Shown here one piece after another: positions 33,029-64,000 of a stretch of 64,000 bases of DNA (positions are counted from its first letter, which is position 1; the number at the start of each line of letters is the position of its first letter). The position numbers were made by a program, and so were the translations under genes. The stretch lies in NCBI GenBank assembly GCA_014905635.1, contig JABVCE010000020.1, forward strand, positions 310,001-374,000. Direction: 5' to 3'. The notes under the pieces were generated by a model. The model was given only the letters and a program-made list of their open reading frames with translations, had not been told where the DNA came from and ran no database searches. The DNA is from Scenedesmus sp. PABB004 (taxonomy: Eukaryota).

Positions 33029-33605
33029 GGCGCGGCCCGCGCGTGGATCAAAGGCGTGGCCGCTCGCGAGGCCGGTGCGGCACGCGGCGGCGCGGCGAGC
33101 GCTGCTGCTGCTCGCGCGCGGCGGCGGCGGCGGCGCCTGCAGGGGGGCGCGCGGCGCTGGAAGGGGAGGGCAGAGGCGCGCTTGACAGGCGGTGCGCGAG
33201 ACGTCTTGCGGCGGCGCAACCGCCGCGCTGGACCGCGGCGGTGCAGCCGCGCACGACGGCCGCGCGGCGCCCGCACGGACGCCACCCTGGCTGCGGCTGC
33301 GCAGACGGTCCGTGCCAGCTCACGTGAGCACGCGACCCCGCACGGCGCGCCGCCGACCTCGCCGACGACGGCCCGCGCCGCCGGCCTCTCGCGCTCGGCC
33401 AGCGCCGGCGCCGGCGTGCAGGGAGCGCCTGGCAGCACAGCGCGCGCCAGGTTTCCAGGTCGTGAGGGCTGACGCCCGCCGCTGGGACAGTTTTGCGTGC
33501 GCGAGCGGCCAGGGTGTGGCCGCGCGGCGAGAGGCGGGAGCTCGCGCCCGCCCTGGCGCGCCGCATGGCGGCCCACCCAGCGCGCTGAGCGGGCTGGAGG
33601 GTGGC

Positions 33606-34276
33606 ATGGATCAGCCCCCGGTCGCCCAGGGGGCGGGCTTCAGCCGGGAGGACCTCGCGTGCCCGATTTGCGTGGAGACCATCGAGGACGCCTTCGCCAC
33701 GCCGTGCGGGCACACGTTCTGCTACAAATGCATCTCCACGCACCTCAAGAACAAGAGCAACTGCCCCTCCTGCGGGGCGCACCTGGTGCAGGACAACATC
33801 CACCCCAACTTTCTGCTCTCCAAGGTCCGACGCTGCGCCGCCGCTGCCGCCGACCGCGCCGCCGGTGCCCGCGCCGCCGGCGCCGGCGCCCGCGCCGACG
33901 CCGCCGCCGCTGCGTCCCGCCGCCGCGGCGCGCAGCTCATCAAGCAGGTGGCGGCGAGCCAGCCGAGCGTGCGGAAGGCGGCGCTGCTGCAGCACCTGCA
34001 GCAGGACCTGGTCGTCGGCGGCGCGGCGCTGGGGCTGCAGGAGCTCGACGCGGCGATACGGCTGCTGTCGGAGCGCCGCGTGCACGTCGCGACGCACGAG
34101 AGCAGCAACAAGCTGCAGCTGCTGCTCATGTTCCTGCAGCACGCCAAGTGCGCTGGGCTGGGCCAGCGCCGCGGCGGCGGCCGGCGGGGGCGCACGCGCG
34201 TTTGCGGCAGGGCGCCGAGGCGGATGCGGCGCGCGCGCGCGGATGCCGCACGCGCGCCGGCCGTGGCTCTGACGCG

Positions 34277-34312
<36 letters not shown>

Positions 34313-35593
34313 TGCAGGGCCAAGCACGAGGGCAAGCTCTCAGAGCTTGAGCAGCAGCTGGACGTGCTGCAGCAGGACCTGGCGCGCGCCATGGAGGGCC
34401 AGCAGCAGCAGCAGGCACAGACACAGGCGCAGCAGCAGGGCGGCGCGGCAGCGTCGTGCAACGGCCGGGGGCCGCCCGCCGCCGTCAACGGCGTCGACGG
34501 CGCGGCCCCGGCGCAGCTGCAGCCCGGCGCAGGCGCCGCCGCGGCCGCAGCCGCGCCGGCGCCGGCGCAGCAGGCGCCCGCCGCAGCGGCGGCGGCCGAC
34601 GCGGCGGGCGCTGCGGTGGCGGGCGGCGGGCGCGTCCAGATTGGGGGCGCCGGCTCGGCGTTCCGCCGGCTGACGCCGCTCGAGCAGCAGCAGAAAGCAC
34701 AGCGCGAGGCGGGGGAGCAGCAACAGCAGCAGCCAGCCCAGCACGCGGCGCCGCCCGCTGCGGAGCAGCCGCCGCCCGCGCAGGCGCAGGGCTTCCGGCC
34801 GTTTGGCCAGGGGCCGCCGCAGCAGCAGCAGCAGCAACAGCAGCAGCTGGGCGGCTTCCGGCCGTATCGGCCCGCGCCGGCCGGCCAGCAGCCGCCGGAC
34901 GCGGGCGCCCAGCCGCCGGCGGGCCCTGCTGGCGCCGCGGCCGCCGCGCCGCCGGCGGCGGGTAGCGCGGACGCGGACGCTGCGGCGGCGGCGGCGGCGG
35001 CGCCCGCGGCGGCGGCGCCCGCGGCCGGGCTCAACCCCGACAGGAAGCGAAAGATCTTGGCGCAGTTTGACGAGCTGCAGGCGGCCTATACCAACACGCG
35101 CCTGCGCTGCGGCTCCGCCGGCGGCGGCAGCCCCGTGCCCCCGCAGCAGGAGCCGCACCCGGGCGCCGGCGGCGGCGCTGCCGCCGGCGCCGCCGGCGGC
35201 GCACCCGCGGGCGCGCCGCGCGCGCCCTGGCCGGGCGGCGCCGGCGCCGCGGACGCGGGCCGCGGCGCCGCGCCGGCGGGCGGCGGCGACCTCGCAGCGT
35301 TCTCTGACGTGCTCTCGGCGGCCACGTTTTACAACCGGCTCGAGCCGGTCGCGTACATCCCGCCCGCGCCCGGCGCCGGCGCCGGCGCCGCGGCGAGCGC
35401 GGGCGGCGGCGCGAGCAGCCGCGGCGCCGGCGCCGGCGGCGGCGGCGGCGCGAGCATTCTGTCGAGCATCGAGTTTGACTGCGCGGGGCAGCTCTTTGCG
35501 GCCGCGGGCGTGCAGCAGCGCATCTGCATCTACGACTACCACCGCATCCTCGCCGCCGCGGGGCTGCCGGACGCCGGCAGCGGCGGACCGGGC

Positions 35594-35628
<35 letters not shown>

Positions 35629-36569
35629 GCCGCGCGCAGCGCGCGGCGGCAGCGCGGGCTCCGCGGGCAGCGCCGCGGGCGGGCTGCGCGTCGGCGGCCG
35701 CGCCGGCAGCGGCGCCGGCGGCGCGCCGGGCGACCCGTTTGCGCCGCTGCTGGACCTGCCCACGCGCTCCAAGATCAGCTGCACCAGCTTCAGCCCCGCC
35801 GTGCAGCACTACCTGCTGTCGAGCGACTACGAGGGCCGCCTCCACCTCTGGGACCTCGCCGGCGGCCGCATCGTGCGCCAGTGGGACGGGCACGCGAAGC
35901 GCGTGTGGGCGGTCGACGCGTGCCCGCTCGACGGCGACCTCTTTGCAAGCGGCAGCGACGACTGCAGCGTCAAGGCGCGCGCCGCGCTGTGCTGTGCTGC
36001 GCGCCGCGCCGCGCCGCGCCGCGCTGCGCCGCACTGCGCCGCCGCCGCGCGCAGCTCACCCGCGCCGCGCCCCGCGCCGCCGCAGGTGTGGGGCCTGCGC
36101 GAGCCGCCCGTGCCGCGCCTGGTGCTGCCACTGCGCGCCAACGTGTGCAGCCTCGAGTTCTCGCCGGCCTCGCCGCACCTGCTCGCGGTCGGCAGCGCCG
36201 GGCACCAGGTGCGCCGCGCAGCCTCGCCCGCGCACCGCGCCCGCACCCGCCGCGACGGCGCCTGCGCGTGGCGCCGCTCCGCGCTCACCCCTCACCCTCC
36301 CCTCCTCTCTTGCGCGCCCGCCGCACGCAGGTCAGCCTGTTTGACCTGCGCGCGCCGCGCGCGCCGCTCGCGGTGCTCAAGGGCCACCGCAAGGCCGTGT
36401 CCTACGTGCGCTGGGCCGGGCCCGACGCGCTCGTGACCGCGTCGACCGACTCCACGCTGCGCCTCTGGAGCGCGGCGTGCGGCGCCGGCAGCACCGACGG
36501 CGGCGCCGGCGCGGCCGCGGGCGCGGCGCCCGCGCGCTCGGGCGGCGCCGCCGCGAGCGCGGGCGCCGC

Positions 36570-36601
<32 letters not shown>

Positions 36602-37008
36602 CCGGCGGCGCGGGCGGCGGCACGTGGGCGTGCGCGCAGGTCTTCAGCGGGCACACCAACTCCAAGCACTTTGTGGGGCTGAGCACGCAGGGGCCCTTCA
36701 TCGCGTGCGGCTCCGAGACAAATGAGGTGTATGTGTATCACCAGGGCCTGCCGCGGCCGAGCATGTCGTGCGCGCTGACCGCGCCGGGCGAGCCCGCGCC
36801 GCCGCCGGCGCCTGCCCCGGGCGGCGGCGGCGACGGCCAGGCGGCGCCGCCCGCGAAGAGCGCGTTTGTGAGCGCGGTGTGCTGGCGGCGCGGCTGCAAC
36901 ATGCTGCTGGCGGCCAACAGCCGCGGCGGCGTGTGGCTGCTGAGCGCGGTGACGAGCGGCGGCGGCGGGGGCAGGGGCGCGCCGCCGGCGGACGAGGGGG
37001 CGCCATAG
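33606..37008 (+). CDS. COP1: COP1-like E3 ubiquitin ligase (RING + coiled coil + WD40)
   Basis: RING-HC 'CPICVETIEDAFATPCGHTFCYKCISTHLKNKSNCPSC...IHPNFLL', then a coiled coil. COP1-type WD40 motifs 'SSIEFD', 'RSKISC', 'SSDYEG', 'HAKRVWAVD', 'SGSDDCSVK|VW', 'GHRKAVSYV', 'ASTDSTLRLW', 'GHTNSKHFVGL', 'IACGSETNEVYVY', 'FVSAVCW', 'AANSRG'. Confidence 0.9.
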
Positions 37009-37088
37009 CTGCGCCCCAAAGCGGCGTGCAGCAGGGAGTGGGAGTGCAGAGGGATTACGTTTTTGACGGCCATCCCAATTGGCGGGCC

Positions 37089-37093
37089 TGTAA
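37089..37093 (+). terminator. Candidate poly(A) signal TGTAA for the COP1-like gene
   Basis: TGTAA about 80 nt after the COP1 stop codon. Confidence 0.6.
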
Positions 37094-37197
37094 ATGTGTC
37101 TCGCGCAGGCGTGTGTGTGTGTGCGTGAGAGTGCCCGCGCCCAGACCCCCGCCCGCCGCCGCCAACGCCCCAAGCAGCGCTCGCCCCCCGCCCCGGC

Positions 37198-40001
37198 TCA
37201 GGCGCGCGCCGCGCCGGCCTTGCCGCTGCCGCCGCCCCGCGCCGCGAGCTCCGCCTCGAGCCGCGCGGCCTGCTTCCGGCTGGCGGCGCAGTGCGCCTGG
37301 AGCAGCTTGTAGCTCAGCACGATGCGCCGCCCAGAGTGCCGCACCGGCGCGGGCGCCGCGGCGCGCTTGGGCGCCGCGGGCGGCGGCGCCGGCGCCGCGG
37401 CGCGCTTTGTCGCCGCGGGCGGCGGCGGCGCCGCGGCGCGCTTCTTCTTGGCCGCGGGCGGCGCCGCCGCGCCGGGCTCCTCCTTGATCACGACGCCGGC
37501 GGGCAGCGCCCCGTGCGCGCCCGGCGCGCGGCGCTTGGCGCCCCGCACGTACGACGGGAACGCCGCGCCGGCCGCCTCTGCCACGCCGCTCGGGCGCGGC
37601 GGCTGCTGCTCCCCGCCGCCGTGGTGCCGCGGCCGCCCGCCGGCGCCCTTGCCGGAGCCCTTGGCGCCGCCGCCCTTGCTGCCGCCACCGCTGCGCTTGC
37701 TGGCCTTGCCGCTGCCGGCCTGCGGGGGCGCGCCGCCGGCGCGGGCGCCGCCGGCGCCCGCCACGCCGCCGTCGCCGCCCTCGTCGGCGTCGTCGCCGGC
37801 GGCGTCATCCGGCCCCGACCGGCCGCCCGCCGGCGCGGCGGCGCCCTGCTGCGCCGCCGCGAGCGCGGCCTCAGCCCGCGCCGCGCGGTCCTCCGCGTCC
37901 GCGGCGGCGTCCTCTGCAACCTGCTGCGCCAGCTGCGCGTGCTGCAGCGCCTGCACCAGCTCCGCGACGCGCCGCTCCGCGGCGCCCAGCCGGCCCTCCG
38001 CCGCGCTGCGCGCCTCGGCTGCCTCGTGCAGGCGCCGCTCCAGCTTCGCCAGCCGCTTGCGCGCCGCCGCCAGCTCCCCGTCGCCGCCGCCGCCGTCGGC
38101 CGCCGCCGGCTCGGCCGCGGCCGACGGCCCCGCGCCGTCGCCGCCGCCCTTGCCGGCGAGCTTGCGCTTCAGCTCGTCGCGCTGGCGCAGCAGCGAGTCG
38201 CGATGCTCCTCCGCCTTGACCGCGCGCTCCATCGTGTCCGCCAGCTCCGCCTGCGCGTCCTCCAGCTTCTCCTGCAGCTCCGCCTCGCGCAGCGCCGCCA
38301 GGACCGCGTCGGCCGCGGACGCGCGCGTCGGCCCCGCCGCGGCGGCGCCGTAGTCGGCGTCGTCGCCATCGTCGGCGGGCGGCGCCGCGCCGCGCCGGCC
38401 GCCCTTGCCCTTCTTGCCCTTACCGGGCTTGGCCGCCGCGCCTGCGCCTGCACCGGCCGCCGCTGCAGTCGCATCGGCGCGCGCCGCGTCCGCGTCGGCG
38501 CGCGCCGCGTCGGCGTCGGCCCTCGCCGCGTCGGCGTCCGCCCGCGCTGCGGCGACCTCCTCCGTCAGCGCCTCTGCCTGGCTCCGCGCAGCGTCGAGCG
38601 CCTCGTCGCGGCGCTGCAGCCGCTCCCGCACGCGGCGCAGCGACGCCTCGAGCGCCGCCGCGCGCTCGCCGCCGCCCTGCCTGGCCGCCGCGAGCGCCGC
38701 GTCGCGCTCGTTCAGCTGATCCGCGAGCGCCTGCAGCCGTGCGTCGAAGCGCGTGGCGCGCGCGGCGGCCGAGCGGCGCTCCGCGTCGCGCTCCTCCGCG
38801 CGCTCCGCGCGCGCCGCGGCGAGCTTGCCCTGCGCCTCGTGCAGCTGCTCCTGCAGCCGCAGCAGCTTGCGGTTCTGCGCGGCGACCTGCGCGAGCAGCA
38901 GCTCCTGCTGCCGCTCCGCGTCGGCGGCGCGGCGGTTCGCCGCCACCTCGCGCCCCTGCGCCGCCTTGGCCTGCTGGTCGAGGCCGAACGCGCCAAAAGC
39001 GACGCCGCCGCCGGCCGCGCCCGCCGCCGCCGCCGCCGCCGCGGCGATGCCGCCGCCACCGCCGCCCGCGCCCATGAGCGCCGCCACGCCCTGCAGCGCC
39101 ATGGACTGCAGCGGCGCCTGCCGCGGCGACGGCTGCTCGCCGTCCGCGCTGGCGGCGGGCGCTGCGGCCCTGCCCAGCAGGCGGGCCATCTGCGGCCGTG
39201 GCGCGCCGCTCGCCGCCGGCGCGTCGCCGCCGGCCACGCCGGTCGACGCCGCGGCAGCGGCCTCGGCCTGCCGCCGCTTGCCCAGGATCTTCCGCCGCAC
39301 CGCCGCGGCCACCGCCGCGGCGCCGCCGTCCTCGGCTGCCGCAGGCGGCGCGGGCGCGGGATTGCGCGCGGGCGCGGGCGGCGCCGGCGCCGCGGGGGCC
39401 GGCGGTGGCGCCCGCGGCGCCGGCGGGTCGGGCGCCGCGTGGCACCAGGTGATGCGCATCGGCTTCGGCGCGGGCTGCTTGCGCGGCGCCTGCCGCGCCG
39501 CCGCGCCGCCGCCGCCGCCGCCGCCGCGGGCGCGGGCACGGCGAGCACCCACGTCGGCGCGCCGCCGCCGCCGGCGGCCGCGCCGCGGCCGGGCGGCAGG
39601 ATGAGCACGCGCGCGCCCGCCGCCGCCGCGGCCTGCGGCACGAGCGCCACGCGCGCGGGCGCCGCGGGCGCCGCGGGCGCCGCCGGCTCGGCGACGGCAG
39701 AGGCGGCGGGCGAGTGCTCCAGCCCGGAGCCGCCCTCGACGCGCTGGCGCTTGGGCGCGCCGCCGCCGGCGTCCGCTCCCGCGTCGTGCGCTGCCGCTGC
39801 CGCCGCGTGCGCGTGCGGCTCCGGCTCCGCGCCCCCGCTGCGCTGCGCCTCCGGAGCTGCTGGCTCGGAGGTCGCCGCCCGCGCGCGCAGGGCGGCCAGC
39901 GCGTTGGCCTCGGCGCTCGCCAGCGCGGCCGTGCCGGGCGTGGGCGCGCCCTCCTCGCCGCTGCCGGGCTGCGGCTGCTCTGGCTGCTCTAGCGAGCTCA
40001 T
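37198..40001 (-). CDS. Hypothetical coiled-coil protein, probably nuclear
   Basis: ATG at 40001 'MSSLEQPEQPQ...PKRQRV' (NLS-like). The frame changes near 39500 into a long ORF with heptad-rich segments ('LLLAQVAAQNRKLLRLQEQLHEAQGKL', 'LQEKLEDAQAELADTMER'), basic clusters 'AKKKR' and 'VVIKEEP'. Confidence 0.6.
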
Positions 40002-40497
40002 TGCAGCCTCCGGTCGCGGCGCTGCGCCCTGGGGCGGCTTGGCGAGGCCGGCGAGCTCCTCAACAACACGCAGAGGCCGCTGGTGCGGGCCGCCGACCGC
40101 TGCGATGCTCTCACGGCGCGCGGAGTTACACTGCGCTGGCGGGCGGGCGGGCGGGAGAGCACGCGGGCGAGCGGCGGCGGCGCAGCGGCGGCACAGCGGC
40201 GGAGGCGGCGCTGTCAGTTTCGCCGGCGGCGTCGGCCTTGGCTCGCGCCCGAGCCGCAAAATTCACGGCCGCTGCGCAATGCACGGGTGAGGCTCCTCGT
40301 CCCCCGTCGCCGAGCTGCGCGCGCTGTGCCGCCGCTGCTGCCCGCAGCGCGGCGCCGCCACCGCGGCGCCCGCCAGCCCGCAGGGCAGGCCCGGGCGTGT
40401 CACCTGCGCTCTCACAAGCTCACGCACGCGCGCGCCAGGCCCCGCGCCGCGACGCGCGCAGCCGCGAGCAGCGCAGCCGCGGCGCGCGGCGGCCGAC

Positions 40498-41159
40498 ATG
40501 GCGGACGGGCCCGACTCCCGCGCGCTGGCGCTCGCGGGGCAGCCCCAGCCCCAGCCCCAGCTGCTGCAGCCCGAGCAGCTGGAGGCCTCGCTCGCCGCGC
40601 TGCGGCGCGACCTGGCGGCGAGCTGCGCCAGCGTGTGCGCGGCGCGCGGCCTGCGCCCGCCGCCGCTGGCAGCCGGCGGCCGCCTGCCGGCGGGCGCGTG
40701 CGCGGCGGCGCTCGCGCAGGCGCCGGCACTGCGCAGCGAGGCGGCCGCGCCTCCGCTGCTGCTGGGCGCCGCGCCGGGCGGGCCCGGCGGCCGCGCGTCG
40801 GCGGTCACGCGGCTGCCGGGCATCGCCGCGGGCCAGCATGCTGCGCAGCTGGCGGGCCGCTTCCGCAGCCCCGAGCAGCTCCGCACGCAGCTGCGCGCCG
40901 CGGCCGCGGACGCTGCGCGGGCGCTGGCGCTGGCGGGCGGCGCGGCGGTGCGGCGCGCGTGCGCTCTGCCGGGGGGCTCGGCCACCAGCGCCACCAGCGC
41001 CACCAGCGCCACCAGCGCCACCAGCGCTCCTGTGCCCGACGCGCGCTGCCGCCGCCGCTGCCACTGCACGGCACGCAGGGCGGCGGCCCCCCGCTGAGCG
41101 CGTTTGTGTATGTGCGGCAGCCGCGCATCGACGCGGCGCCGGCCGGCGCGGAGCTCTAG
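40498..41159 (+). CDS. Hypothetical protein, probably two exons
   Basis: ATG at 40498 'MADGPDSRALALAGQPQ...LEASLAALRRDLAASCASVC...FRSPEQLRTQLRAAA'. Probable intron at about 40948-41078 containing (GCCACCAGC)5. Last exon 'GGGPPLSAFVYVRQPRIDAAPAGAEL*'. Confidence 0.45.
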
Positions 41160-41260
41160 GGCGGCGGCGGTCGCGGCAGCGCGGCGTCGGCACGCCGGTT
41201 GCCGGTGCCAGATCCGTTGGCACGCGTGCACGCCGCGCCGCGCCTCACCCCCCTCACTGC

Positions 41261-64000
<22,740 letters not shown>

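Noticed and set aside
37291..40290. 999-aa plus-strand ORF
   Set aside because: Antisense shadow of the minus-strand coiled-coil gene, with no recognisable motifs.

Overview
Eukaryotic, extremely GC-rich, intron-dense nuclear DNA. Gene content, intron style and TGTAA poly(A) signals point to a chlorophycean green alga, probably Sphaeropleales-like (inference). Most long ORFs in the six-frame track are GC-bias artefacts, so genes were rebuilt exon by exon; internal boundaries are approximate. About 16 protein-coding genes. Bases 1-29 kb are rich in secreted or cell-surface proteins: a class-3 lipase, two subtilases, an EGF-ectodomain/TM/RING-H2 E3 ligase, an EGF protein, a GPI-type protein, a leishmanolysin-like M8 protease and a Cys-rich+LRR protein. 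Then come TRM7/FtsJ, a bacterial-type alpha/beta hydrolase, a COP1-like gene, two hypothetical genes, and about 22.7 kb of an axonemal outer-arm dynein beta heavy chain (ODA4-like) running off the right edge. Two observations stand out. (1) Three related ~110-nt foldback elements with a conserved lower stem and variable upper stem sit inside dynein introns; they are candidate intronic miRNA precursors or a MITE-like family. (2) Non-canonical GC-AG introns are very common: about 30 of about 69 dynein introns by manual count, always after an exon ending in AG. No rRNA, tRNA, CRISPR array or transposase was seen.
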